Assembly: GCF_018350175.1 (NCBI RefSeq)
Contig: NC_058368.1
Coordinates: 237,214,001 to 237,278,000, forward strand
DNA length: 64,000 nt
Direction of reading: 5' to 3'
DNA from: Felis catus
Taxonomy: Eukaryota
A program made the position numbers and the translations under genes. Of the stretch, positions 1 to 11,817 are shown piece by piece; positions within the stretch are counted from its first letter, which is position 1; each line of letters opens with the position of its first letter. The notes beneath the pieces are model-generated. The model ran no database searches, was not told the origin of the DNA, and saw only the letters and a program-made list of their open reading frames with translations.

Positions 1-1074
1 ACTACAGCGTAAATAAAAGTCCTGAAGCCCCTCCAGTGACATTTGAAACACTCTCTGTCCCTCAAAGTAGAACAAATACTTAAGCACCGTTAGCAAAACA
101 GGTGGAGGTTCCGTGGCCAGGGTGTGGCCCGGAGGGCTGTGCGGGTCACGGGTCCCCAGGCCGTCCTGCCTCTTCCCAGAGGAGCGCGGAGGAGGTCTGG
201 ATTTCCAGCCACACGCCGAGGCCGAAAGGGAAGCAGCCACCGAGCATTTTCGGACCCGCGGCCGCGAGTCCGGTGAGACTGGGCCACAGGTCTCTGGACT
301 GTGGGATGAGAAAGAATGCCCAAGGTGCAGCTGCTGCGCTGTGGGGTCGGGGCGGTGGGACAGGAAGAGGCCGGACCCTTCCTAATGGACGGAAAAGCCA
401 TTCCCAGGCCTCGCTCCGCTTCCCCTCACAGGACGCACGGCCCGGGCCCTGGCCTAGCAGGACAATGTGGCCTTCTGTGGGCAATGCCCTGTGGGCTGGT
501 CGTGGTCAGGTTATGTTATGTTTTCATGGAGACGCTTCAATGCCGGTTTTGTGCGGTTGTAACAGGACAGGAGTGCTGAACAAATAGCGAGGCCCCTGGA
601 GCCCTCCATCCGTCAGACGGTCCTGACAGGGGCCCCTACCCACGGCCTGCCCGGCAGAGCCCCCCGTGCGTCTCCTGTCCCCTTGTCCCCTTTATCATTT
701 TAAAGCATCTCCTTAAACCTCTTCCTTGGCAGACGAGCACTGTATTCCCTAACGTCCAGAAAGTCGTCTCGGGTAGTCAGCCCGGGACATCGTGCGACAT
801 AAGGCGCCATCACAGACGCAATCCCAGATGCACCGGGGAAGGATTTACGGCTCGTCGAGGACAGGAGCTTCCACGCTGTATAAATTGGGAAGCGTCCAAG
901 TACGCCAGCAAGAGAAACTCAAGGTACAAATCCTAATACTTTGTAGGAGTTCAGCGCAGAGAATCCAGAAAGGTAGCGCGTCCGAAGTGTGTGAGCAGCA
1001 TGTGTAAGAATTTACGCAGGGGGAAGGACGACGGCTGTTCCATCCCCCGAAGCCAGCAGATCGTGAGGGACGGT

Positions 1075-1260
1075 CGCATCACTGCCGCTGGGGACCCTCG
1101 GCCATGTCTGGGGACATTTCTGCTGGTCACTACTGGGGTGCTGCTGGGTGGGGGTCAGCTATGCTGCTACCCACCTCCCCCCACACACGCCCGGGGCGCA
1201 GAACAGACTCCAAGATGAAGAATGATCCCAAAACGTCATTCTGAGATCGGGAGGTTCTGC
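1075..1260 (+). mobile_element. MER20 (hAT-Charlie) non-autonomous DNA transposon, degenerate
   Basis: ggccatgtctggggacatttctgctggtcactactgggg ... atgctgcta ... aagaatgatccccaaaacgtca follows the recalled MER20 consensus (GGCAATGTCTGGAGACATTTTTGGTTGTCACAACTGGGG ... AAGAATTATCCGGCCCAAAATGTCA). Confidence 0.75.
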
Positions 1261-1489
1261 TCCAGATGAAGCTGGGGGGATTTTAGTCAGCAGCAGCCAT
1301 GAGCCCGGCCATGCTGTTTTTTTTCTCTTTTGCATTCAACCACCAACCATAACAAAGCTTCAGACGTTTCCTTGCCAGGGAAGGAGGGAATCTCTTAAAC
1401 AGGAGCCAAGAGCGCATTACACCCTCTGCAAACGTGCAGGAGCGGACTAACCAGATTTCAAGTGTTGTGACAAAGGAAATGCCACGGTC

Positions 1490-2100
1490 CATTCATTCGA
1501 CAGATTCCCAGGGGTCTCCTCTTGTCCCTGGGCATCAGGGACAGAACTCCTGCGTGAAGTTATGCTGGGAAAGGCAGAGCTGAAGCCAGCAATGGCACAG
1601 CACCTCCAGGGAGGCCGCGGGGCCGAAGGCACTTTGCCTGGGCTGGGAACCAAGAAGGCTTCCGTGAAGACTGGATGTTTAAACCGAGAGCTGGAGAATG
1701 AGAAAGCAGCCCTGGGGGGAAGAGGGAGTGTGGCGGCCAGCCCAGGAACAGGGGAAGCGTGTGCAAAGGCCCTGAGGCAGAAAGACCTGGGGGGAGGCAC
1801 AAGGCCATGAGGCTAAACCAACACCAAAGGGGAGACTGATTTGAGATGAGGTGAGAGGTTTGAGAAAGAGTAAGAACACACAGGGACAACTGAAGTCAAC
1901 TCAGCCTTTCAGATTTTCTCCCAGGGCAGTGGAGGCGGGTGCAAGAATCGTAAGCATGAGAAAGGAATGCTCAGAACTTCACTCTGGAAAGACCCCTCTG
2001 CCCTGGGTCTGGGCATGGGAAAGACAGGCAGGGAGTGGGGAGACAGTTAGAAAGCTGTTTCATCAGACCCTAAAGAACGGGCCAGGATTAGGGCGGGGGG
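1490..2100 (-). mobile_element. L2 LINE 3' fragment
   Basis: Starts with cattcattc (reverse of the L2 tail); contains gcgtgtgcaaaggccctgaggcag, ggaaagacccctctg and ggagacagttagaaagctgtt, which are typical antisense L2a/b blocks. Confidence 0.7.
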
Positions 2101-3289
2101 GGGGGGGGTGGTGGGCTTGCGGGGTGGGTCTCGTCTAGAAGCCAGACCCCGGTGAGCAGACCCGCCCTGGAGCCCTGTCTGCACGCAGCTAACCCTGGGA
2201 CGGGAAGCTGGAAAATACTGAAGTATAAATCTAACACGTTCAGTCGCAAAGCGGGTTGGCGTTAGCCGCAAGCAAAGGCGTGGATCCGCACGGGAAGGCC
2301 TTGGAGCCCTGAAGTTGTGCTCAGTTCCGGAAGGATCTGCCTGGTGGGGGCCTGATACCCCCGCTCCCTCCAGAAAGCAGGTGGTTTCCGAGCTGTGCTT
2401 CCTTGAAAGACTGGCAGGGAGGGGCCACGCCTGCCTTCCCTCCGGGCAAACCCACAGATGCTTCAGCTCTCCCAGCGCTTGGGGCCTTTCAGCCGGTGGG
2501 CTAGGGCAGACTTCCAGAAAACCTCTCAGGGCCTTGCGCTGCTGGTTAGTGTGTGATGAATTGACCTCAGGCATACATATGGCTGGGTTAAATGAAGCAT
2601 GGACTAGGGGCAGTAGCTGGTTTAGGGATCAGTCAAGGTCAGGCAGGACTCCAGCTGGAGACGACTGGGCTGGAGTTGGGCATCGAGGTCAGGAAAGCAG
2701 CTTTGAAACAGAAGGCCAAGCCCAAGGGTGGAGAGCCCTGCTTCTCTGGACAGGGCAGGGCAGACGGGAAAGAGGAGGAGTCTGGGAGAATTTCCGAGTT
2801 GCACCTCCTCTAGGCTGAGTTCAAGGCCTCTGGCCCCCAGAGTCTTGGGTCACGTCCTCCTCTGCTGTCCCCCCACCTCCCCATCCAGCATCCGGGGCTT
2901 TGGGCCTCATCGTCTCCGCATCCGACGGGAAAGCCAGATTTGCTGACCTCTCTGGGGTCCCTGCAAGGCAAGTGTTTGCAGACAAAGCAGGAGGTTTTGT
3001 CATCAGAGTGGGTTTTCTGCAACTCCTCTCCCACCTTGGGTAGGGGCTTGTCCTGTTTCAGGGACCAGGAGCAGGTGCAGAGAACAGCTAAGTGCTGTTT
3101 ATGTCAGTGAATAGATCGCACGGGTGGGCTTGTCAACTCCAAGAAGAGCTTCCCTTTACTAGAGTTTGCATTTTGCTCAATTTTAGGGCGTTTGACATGT
3201 CTTCTCTAAAACTATTTTCAGTAAGCTTCAAAAATCAGTTAGGAAGGCCCGAGATTGTCAAAAATCAGCATCAGCGGGCTAATGTTCAT

Positions 3290-3440
3290 GGAGCAGAATT
3301 TGCCCACTTAAGGTACACAATGAGGTGAGCTTTGGCAAATTTATACGCTCAGGCAATGACCAAGACACTTAGGACTTACACCTTTCTGTCCTCCCAAACC
3401 TCCCCGTGTGCTCTTTCAATCAACCCCTGTCCCCGCCCCC
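3290..3440 (-). mobile_element. Old L1M (L1MC/ME-type) 3' UTR fragment
   Basis: tgcccacttaaggtacacaatgaggtgagctttggcaaatttatac resembles the L1M antisense tgcacccattttaagtgtacagttcgatgagttttgacaaatgtatac. Confidence 0.6.
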
Positions 3441-3721
3441 AGAGAGAGTTTAGAGACCTATAAATAGGTCAACATCATGAAAATCCTTATGGTGACAGAT
3501 GTGGTGTCATTTTAGGCGTTTGGTCACAGTGCAAAAAGGCAACCATCCTACAAGCCTCTGACCCCCGCTGCGCCTGCACAGGTCAATGGTACATTTCCAG
3601 CGAAAGGTCAAGTAAGAAAGCTAAAAAGGTACGAAAGTGGACTTGAGAGAGGAGAGGCTGAGCCCCTCACAGTAGATGCCGTTGGGGATTTTCCACACTG
3701 TTTCTGAAGTAGCCCACGGGT

Positions 3722-3860
3722 GGTGGACGTACCATTTTGCTGTGAGGGACCAGCTGATCCTTGTCTCCTTGGATAACTTGGTGATACCTTTACATAAACC
3801 ACGAACTTATCCCCAGACAAGCAAACCAGCTGGCCCCTCACGCAAAGGTACACGTCTCCT
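3722..3860. repeat. Imperfect inverted repeat, ~60 bp arms and ~15 nt loop
   Basis: Left arm ggacgtaccattttgctgtgagggaccagctgatccttgtctccttggataacttggtg aligns to the reverse complement of the right arm (gagacgtgtacctttgcgtgaggggccagctggtttgcttgtctggggataagttcgtgg). Confidence 0.85.
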
Positions 3861-4853
3861 ATACACAACAGGCGTCATATGCGTTGCACAGAATACAGAG
3901 TGTACAGAATGTATTCGCATAAACCAGCAGGATCGTTGGAGGGAAACGTGACGGCATGATGGAGAGACCAAGGCAAGGCTGGTCCCCACCTGGGTTGGTC
4001 ACGGTGGGACTCTGCCGACTCTGTGCCCGTCTGGGAAGCCCACCTCCCAGGGGGGAGGGGCGGGCAGTGGAGAAGCAGGTGTGCAGGCTGCGTCCAGCAC
4101 CACTTCCTGGCACACCCACCATCACCCTGAACAACCCGCACCCAGGACGGCCCCGCGCGCGGTCCCGACTTCGTGGACTCACCGTCACCATACTGGTGCC
4201 AACCAGTCTCCCAGATCCTTTCTTGTACCCTGGGGCGGAAGTCACGGGCTGGGGAAAAAAATTCATCCCGGTGAAACTCAATTGTTTACAGGCTAGAATT
4301 AGTTAATGTAATTAACAAAGTGGGAATATACAAAGAGTACCGAACACTGACCTCATTGTATGTATTATAGTTTCCATCATGATAAGTTATACAAAATAGC
4401 CGCTTTGCAAAGTGGCTACCTAGTCCTGATTGCCAGAAAGTTGTAGAAAGTCTACAGGAGCACAGAGCATATCCAGGTAGAGAGGCCACGTGTAAATTAT
4501 GCCAACAGTGAGGGGGCAGCTCCTGCCGGAAGGGACTCTGATGCTTTTGTTCAAAGAGTAGCAAGGATGGCCCCTCTGCCTCTCCTCTTCCGGAAAGTTC
4601 AGACGCCTTCTCGGTTCCTAGTGGGAGAGAAAGAAAAAGTGGACGCAGTTAGGTTTCTACACATAAAGGCCATCCACAGATGCGCTAAAATAGGGTCTCC
4701 TGCCTGGAGAATATTCCACACTCCTGTTTTTTGCACACGGAGTTCACTCACATCCAAAACGACTCCTGAAACGTCTTCACAGGTCGGTGGTCCTGTGGCC
4801 AAAAGCCCCTGGGAAAGCTTGAGAAACGTTGTCGGGCTAGCCCAGCCCTGAAA

Positions 4854-4872
4854 GCAGCGCCCCCTACTGATT
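4854..4872 (-). promoter_or_regulatory. Candidate CTCF binding site
   Basis: Minus strand reads TCAGTAGGGGGCGCTGC, a 13/14 match to the core CCASYAGRKGGCRS. Occupancy cannot be seen from sequence. Confidence 0.55.
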
Positions 4873-5783
4873 CGTTGTACTTGAAAGTCCACCCCAGAAG
4901 CCAATTAGTTTAGCTTGAAACTGGATCCCCTGTGCACAGTCGCACGTGACTTGGTCACTTGTTGGCCAGTCAGGCTGCTGGAACGCAGACCACTGTCTTT
5001 TCTTCCGTGTCGGGGCCCCTTCCAGCCCCCACACAGCTCTGGAGTCTCCTCTCTTGGGGTCAGGGTCTCATGGGCAGTAGAGACTCACATACGGTGCAGG
5101 GAGGGGCGGGGGCAGCCAGTGCACCTGCAGGGAGAGCAGGGGTGAGGGCATGCGTGAGAACGAGGTTGTAGGGCCCATAGAGAAAGGCAGGAGACTTCTG
5201 GTTTCCGGCCCAGCAAAGAAGGAACACGGGCATCCCGGCCCCTGTCCACACAAGGAAATGACTGAACGCACCGAAAAACAACAGGTCTCCTCGGAGCCGG
5301 CAGAGGTGAGGTCACAGGGCAAACCGCTGACCCCAGGCAGACATAAAGGGTCACAAGCACACTGGTGAGGGCAGCAGGTGTGGGCGGGAGAGCCCGAGCT
5401 GGCTTCGTGCCCCCGTGGGGGCTCCGTGGGGACCACCGGGGGAGGGCGGGGGGAAGGCAGGGGGAGGTCTCGGGGCCCAGTCCTGTCTCCTCAGCACTTG
5501 CAGTCGCTCAGAGTCTCAGGACGCAGGGCGGAAAAGCTCCAGGAGTGATGTGGAAGGTGGGGCCATGGTACGGGAACGGACGTGCAAGGGTCCTGGGGAT
5601 CCGGCCCACAGTGCCCTCCCAGGGGTGACACGGAGCCTCCAGTATCAGCACCAGGATCCCCAAGCATCTGACAGTTTGAGTCACCTAAGATGTGATGGCC
5701 GCTAGGAATTAACATCTTCTGTCTCCCCAGATCGGTAGGGGACAGGGACCCACGTGTACCCCACATGACAATTCAGAGCACAT

Positions 5784-5965
5784 GGTTGCACCTGGCTGGC
5801 GACGTTGGTTGAGCGTCTGACACCTGATTTCGCCTCAGGTCATGATCTCACAGTTCGTGGGTTCGAGCCCCGAGTTGGGCTCTGCACTGAGTGTGGAGCC
5901 TGCTTGAGATTCTCTCTCCCTCTGTCTCTGCCCCTTCCCCAGCTCATGCTCTCTGTCTCTCTCTC
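5784..5965 (+). mobile_element. CAN-SINE (SINEC, feliform type)
   Basis: tRNA-derived head (ttggttgagcgtctga ... tcaggtcatgatctcacagttcgtgggttcgagcccc, B-box GGTTCGAGCC) and a CT-rich tract; the A-tail position is occupied by a GAG/AAG microsatellite. Confidence 0.92.
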
Positions 5966-6140
5966 GGAGAAGGAGGAGGAAGAGGAGGAGGAGGAGGAGA
6001 AGGAGGAGGAGAAGGAGAAGAAGGAGAAGGAGGAGGAGGAGGAGGAGGAGGAGGAGGAGGAGGAGGAGAAGGAGAAGAAGGAGAAGAAGGAGAAGAAGGA
6101 GAAGGAGGAGGAGGAGGAGGAGGAGGAGGAGGAGGAGGAG
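5966..6140 (+). repeat. Purine-only (GAG)n/(GAGAAGAAG)n compound microsatellite
   Basis: ~175 bp of only G and A: GAG runs interrupted by AAG and GAGAAGAAG units. Confidence 0.97.
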
Positions 6141-6809
6141 AAACAAAAGGAAAACGGGAGCACAGAAGCCACTTATTTTAATAGAACATAATTTACCAAG
6201 TACTCCAAGGCCAAGTCCACTGCCGTGATCAACCCTGGCGCACGGGGGCTCCGTCGGCATCGGCTGCCACTGCCCCGTGACCCCCTACGAGCCCCTCTCG
6301 TCCTCCCTGGACCCCCGGGTCTGCACCTCGCATGCCAGCAGCCTCTTCACCGGTGAAGGTCATCCAGGTGAGGCCCGCCCGCCCTGGGCCGCCAGCTCCG
6401 TGGTGGACAGCTTGTCCGTCAGAACAGCAGATCGGAGAAAGCTTGCCAGGGTGCAGCCGTAAGCCATAGAGGGCAGAAGCTGGGAAGGACTCTTCTGCAG
6501 GCACTTTGCTGGCGGTGGGGAGGCCCAGAGGACTTGAGAGGCCACGGCCTTGAGGGACTGACTGTTCCGGCACCTGCATCTTGGAGGGGTTCTCTGGGGC
6601 CTGAAACACAGCGTGCGGGGGACCTCTGTGCTTTGGCAAGGCCCAGGCTCGAGGAAGAAGAGCACGGACTGCTCCCCCCCACCGATGAGACGCCCTGCAC
6701 GTACAGGGTCTTCCGGGCACCTTTCTCAGGGCGGGGAGGGGACCGGGCACCTTCCTCGTGTGACTGTTTCTGGAACACCTTCTGCCCTTCGCGGGGGCTC
6801 CACAACATG

Positions 6810-7106
6810 CGTCAGCTGGAGAGAGATCCTTGGGGGGAAAAGGGTCGCACCTGGGAGATATATTATATATGTTAGAATACACATATGCATATATATATTT
6901 CTGTATAAGAGAAAGAGAGAGATTTTTTTCAGAAGCGAACGTGTTCTTAGGACCTGGCTCACGCGATTGTGTGGACTGGCATGCCTGAAATCTGTAAGGC
7001 AGGAGGCAGTCTGGACATTCAAGAAAGAGTTGCTGTTACAGTCTGGGGTCTGGATTCCACAGAACAGCAGTCTGGAAACAGGCAGCACGGTTTCCTTGTT
7101 GGAGCC
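6810..7106 (-). mobile_element. MLT2 (MLT2D-like, ERVL) solo LTR, first half
   Basis: TA-rich tract, then ggacctggctcacgcgattgtgtggactggcatgcctgaaatctgtaaggcagg ... gagttgctgttacagtct, matching the MLT2 antisense consensus. Left boundary is approximate. Confidence 0.75.
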
Positions 7107-8144
7107 TTTTTGTAAGTTGTTTTATTTTATCTTATTGTTTTAAGTTTTTATTTTAATTTTTTTAACCATTTTTATTTATTTTTGAGAGACAGAGCAGGAG
7201 TGGGGGAGCGGCCGAGAGAGGGGGAGACACGGAATCCGAAGCAGGCTCCAGGCTCCGAGCCGTCAGCCCAGAGCCCGACGCGGGGCTCGAACCCACGAAC
7301 CGTGAGATCATGACCTGAGCTGAGGTCGGACGCTCCACCGACGGAGCCACCCGCAGGCGCCTAAGCTTTTGTTTTAATTCCTGTTGGTTAACATACAGCA
7401 TAATATTAATTTCGGGTAGAACATCGTGATTCAACACGTGCGCCCTGCACCCGGTGCTTATCACAAGTGTGTTCTTTAATCCCGCCCCCCGCTTCCCCCC
7501 CACCAACCATCAGTTTGTTCTCTCGTGTTCAAAGTCTGTTTCTTGATGTCTCTCTCTCTCCCCCTCCTATTTTTCTCCCTTTGCTTGTTTGTTTTGTTTC
7601 TAAAATTCCACATAGGAGTGAAATCATACAGTCTTTGTCTTTGTCTGACTTAGCATCACACTCTCCACCTCCACCCAGGTCATTGCACGTGACAAGATTT
7701 CATTCTTTTTTGTGGTTGAGTAATGTTCCGTTGCACGTATACACAGCACATCTTCTTTATCCATTCATCTCTCATCGGACGCTCGGACAGCTTCGATATC
7801 CTGGCTATTGTGAATAATGGCGCTATGAACTTTGGGGTGCGTGTGCCCCCTTGACTTAGTGTTCTTGTCATCTCTGGCTACGGACCCCGTAGGCATTGCT
7901 GGATTATAATGGAGTTCTGTCTTTCACTTTTTGAGGGACTTCCATACTATTTATGGGATCGGCTGCACCAGTCTGCATGCCCACTGACGGTGCAGGAGGG
8001 TTCCCCCTTTCTCCACATCCGGCCAGTGTTTGTTGTTTCTGGTGCTGTTGACTTGAGCCCTTCTGACAGCTGTGAGGTGGCATCTCCTCGTGGTTTTCGT
8101 TTGCACCCCCTGAGGCTGAGCCTCTTTTCATGTGTCTGTTGGCC
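7107..8144 (-). mobile_element. 5'-truncated carnivore L1: 3' UTR plus ORF2 C-terminus, interrupted by a SINE
   Basis: T-rich tail, then L1 3' UTR blocks (aaattccacataggagtgaaatcatac; ggctattgtgaataat). Minus-strand translation TPKFIAPLFTIARI...DEWIKKM resembles the L1 ORF2 C-terminus TPMFIAALFTIAK...DEWIKKMW. Confidence 0.92.
7159..7361 (-). mobile_element. CAN-SINE (SINEC_Fc-like) inserted in the L1 tail
   Basis: Full body; flanking TSD taagtttttattttaatt (7141-7158) / taagcttttgttttaatt (7362-7379). Confidence 0.95.
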
Positions 8145-8395
8145 TCTGTGTTGCGGTCTCGATGCAGAATTGCTTCTTTTTGGGGAAAGCACAATCTTTG
8201 CTCTTGTAGCTTCACCTGATTGGGTGAGGCCCACCCACACTCCAGGGGTCATCCACTCTACTCAAAGTCTGCCGGTTTAGCGGTTAAATGTGAACCGCAT
8301 CTAGAAATACCTTCCCAGTGACATCTAGTCTGGTGTTTGACCAAACAAGTGGTTTCACGGCCAAGCCAAATTCACACAGTCAACGAACCGACACA
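8145..8395 (-). mobile_element. MLT2 solo LTR, second half
   Basis: gcagaattgcttctt ... ctgattgggtgaggcccacccac ... aaataccttcccagtgacatctagtctggtgtttgaccaaaca ... aaccgacaca continues the MLT2 consensus where the first half stopped. Confidence 0.85.
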
Positions 8396-9580
8396 CTGCC
8401 CTTTCCCAATAAGCCTGAAAGCCCCAGGGCCACGGCAGTGACACCCTGCATGTGTTTGCCCCTGTGGTACTTGACACATTTTCTGGCGTGTAACATGCGT
8501 TGGTCACGCTAATGACTGGATGAGACATAGTTTCAGGCACCAAATTAACTACAAGAAATCACCAGTATTTTAAATACACAAACAGAATTTTCCCAAGTTC
8601 GTTTTGGCTGAGTAGCAACATTAATTATGAGCCTACGCGTCAGTTCCCTAAAGTCCTTCTGGAGCGTCCAGGCCCCGGGGGTCGTACGTCTCATCGAGGG
8701 TCCACGGCAAACGCATCCCTGAGTCCCACCCCTCAGAGCCTCTAGCGCAAAGCCCAGAAAGATTCCATTGTGTTTTAGAGACACGAACTGCGGCTGAAAG
8801 TAATTAGGTGATTTGAGGACGTCGGTACAGGGTGTCGATGTCAAATTCCAGTGCCGGGACAGAGACCCCAGCGGCTCTCAGCCAAGGAGGGCTCCACCCT
8901 GCCCCTGAGCAGACTTCCGGTCAGACTTCACTCCACCTTCACCAGGGAAATCGGTGCCACGGTGTGGACCCCATGGGGCAACCCACAGGGAAAGACTCAC
9001 GCGGGCTCAGAAAGCATAATTAACACCACAAATGTGAGGCTGAAAACCCCTCTCGGCCTTGGGGAAAAGACACAAAGGGGCTGTCGAATGGATGAGTATG
9101 GAAAACGGTAACTAAAATGTGAATATTGAAACAGGAAATAAGTAATTGCATTATCAGTATAAATGTACATTTACCAAGAAATATACATTAAAAGAAAACA
9201 CATCACATCCACTGATATATCATATCTACAGGCGCACATACGAGGAGGTTTTACTTGCGGTTCCCCCCAGACAATAATGTCCTAAAACTGTTTCATTGTT
9301 GCCTTTGCCTTATATTATTCTACTATCCAAGGGAGCTGTGCCTCAATCAACAGTTTTCAATCTTCACTTTGTGCATATGACAAGGAATACCACTTATGCT
9401 GAAACTTATTTCTAGAAGGATGTATTGTCAGAATCTCAATCCATACATAAATTTTTACAATTACTGTATTATCATTATGTATATAAACGTCCACGTCCAC
9501 ATTATATGGAAGTACCTACTGGTGTTATATTTACATATTTGTACACTAGAGAGACAGAGAAGGTAGAATTGTTGAGTTCT

Positions 9581-9824
9581 TTTTCTTTTTTTTTTTTTTT
9601 TAGGGAAATGCATTTTAAAGTTCATTCATTTTTGAGAGACGCAGAGACAGCGTGAGCAGGGGAGGGGCTGAGAGAGAGAGAGAGAGAGAGAGGGAATCCC
9701 AAGCGGGCTCTGCAGTGTCAGAACAGAGTCCAACGTGGGGCTCGAACTCATGAAACCGTGAGATCATGACATGAGCTGAAACCAAGAGTCCGACGCTTCA
9801 GCGACTGGGCCACCCAGGTGCCCC
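9581..9824 (-). mobile_element. CAN-SINE
   Basis: Full body with (GA)n tract; perfect 17 bp TSD tagaattgttgagttct at 9564-9580 and 9825-9841. Confidence 0.96.
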
Positions 9825-11183
9825 TAGAATTGTTGAGTTCTAATCCAAGAGCTAATCTACTGATTTATAACTTATTCTAAGCAGGTCTCGTTTTTAAAGT
9901 AAGATTTTGTTCCTTTGGAAGTAACTTCCATTACCAAAGTATTTCCTAACACTGTCCTAATGGCTTGTTTATTCTTATGAGACCCAATTTATAAGACCAC
10001 GGCCTAGGGAAACATTTGTGGTAAACATAAAGGCCTAAACGAGGACGGTGAAATACTCCCCTGCCGGAAATGGTGAGCCATGTGACTAGAAACAACCAAG
10101 ACAGGTCCTCACCGGGCGTCACTGACCCTTCCACCCCCCCTTTTCCATCCCCCAAAGCATTTGCTGCCTTGTTAGGATTCTACCTTACTCTCCCAGAATC
10201 ACCGATGCGATGAGGCACACCGTGCTTGAACGGGAAATAAGAAAGCCTGTTTGGAATATTTTAGAAAAGGGAGATGCACAAAAACATTCCCTACGCCGTT
10301 TGACACTCCCGGGGTGATGCAAAGAACACACGTGCTCCCTCCACTTGAATAGAAGTGCTCTCTGCTCCATGTGGCTTCCACTCGGGGACTTTCTGGCACG
10401 GCGGGGGACGGGAGGGACAGCACCAACCCCCAGCGCACATGAGGTCCTGGAAATGCCCCGCTGGCTTGTAGTGAGAGTGTTCGCAGGGCACGTCACGCTG
10501 TCACCCTGGCCCCGGACCCCTGTGGCGTCCCACCGACTGGTGTTCGCTCTGGACGTCAGACACTGTATCCTGAGTGAGTCGGCATCCCTACGGTGTATTG
10601 TTTTAAGCAACAATTTTCCTTTTCGTTCGACTGTTTTGACGGAACCACTTCTGAAAGGTCCGCCACGGTCCCCTATGTCTGTGCGTGGAGTAAACAACAT
10701 GCTGCTTGCCGCTTGCCCCGGGACTCAGGATGTCCCCGAACTCTGCTCCTGTCCTCTGCCCCCAGATGGGGATGCCTGGACGCCTGAAGATCCATGAGTC
10801 ACATGCCTCGCCCGGTTTTCACTGTCCCGTGTCCCCCCTCTGCGTCCGGTGTGCTTCTTGTGGCTTCTTCCTACTTTGTTTTTATTCCGTGGCTTTCTCT
10901 AGAGGCAGAGAACCAAGAGTTTCCACGAGAAACCAGACCACCAAGTTGCCAAATCATTAACCTTCACATCAAAGTAGCAGTTTTGCTAAGTAAGTCTGAA
11001 CTTCTCACCCAACAGAACCCATGGCGTCACCGGCTCAGAATCCAAGCCGCCGCTGTTTGGATGGTCACAGTACTTGGCAAGCTGAGTCACTCAGAAGGGG
11101 ACTCTTCTGTCCATCAGGACACCTGACGTTTCCCAAAAAAAGAAAAAAAAAGTCATGGAATGAATCCGGACACATTTGTCTTT

Positions 11184-11398
11184 TTTAAAAAAATTTTTTG
11201 TAAACATTTGTTTATTTTCAAGAGACACAGAGCAGGAGTGGGGGAGGGGCAGAGAGAGTGGGAGACACAGAATCGGAAGCAGCTCCGGGCTCCGAGCCGT
11301 CAGCACAGAGCCCGACGCGGGGCTCGAACTCTCGAACCGGGAGATCAGGACCTGAGCCGAAGTCTCATGCTCAACCGACCAAGCCACCCAGGTGCCCA
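11184..11398 (-). mobile_element. CAN-SINE
   Basis: Full body; TSD ggacacatttgtcttt / ggacacagatatcttt. Confidence 0.95.
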
Positions 11399-11817
11399 GG
11401 ACACAGATATCTTTAATTTGAGAAGCGGGAGGTGATTCATTTGCGAGATGTCAGGGAGAAAAAATGTGGAGATTTTCATCTTCCCACAGCGTCTGTCGAT
11501 GGCTGAGATGTCGCTGAGATGTGGGGACTGCTTCTCCCTCTGTCACGGGCCGCCTGTCTGTAGAACACGCACCTGAGTCTGAAGCTGAGGGAGATACACT
11601 CCTCTCACGCTCGGGCTGGCTGGACCAAAGGAGCCACCATCTAGAACGTTCTAGGTCAAAGGGCCTAAGAGTGGTTCCACCAACAGCCTGTGCTCTGCAT
11701 GGGGGTCCACCAGCTAGGAGACGGGGCGATGAGGGGTGTGGCTACCCAGAGCGCTGGGGTGCCGCGTCCTCTCCCTGGCCACAAAAAGTCACCCAGGCAG
11801 CAAATGCAAAGGCAAAA

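Noticed and set aside
5805..6260. ORFs with poly-Glu/Lys, poly-Leu, poly-Ser and poly-Gly
   Set aside because: They are translations of a SINE plus the GAG/AAG microsatellite in different frames.
10015..10940. Possible LTR-like sequence
   Set aside because: It has an LTR-like feel, but I could not match termini or a family; left unannotated pending a Dfam search.
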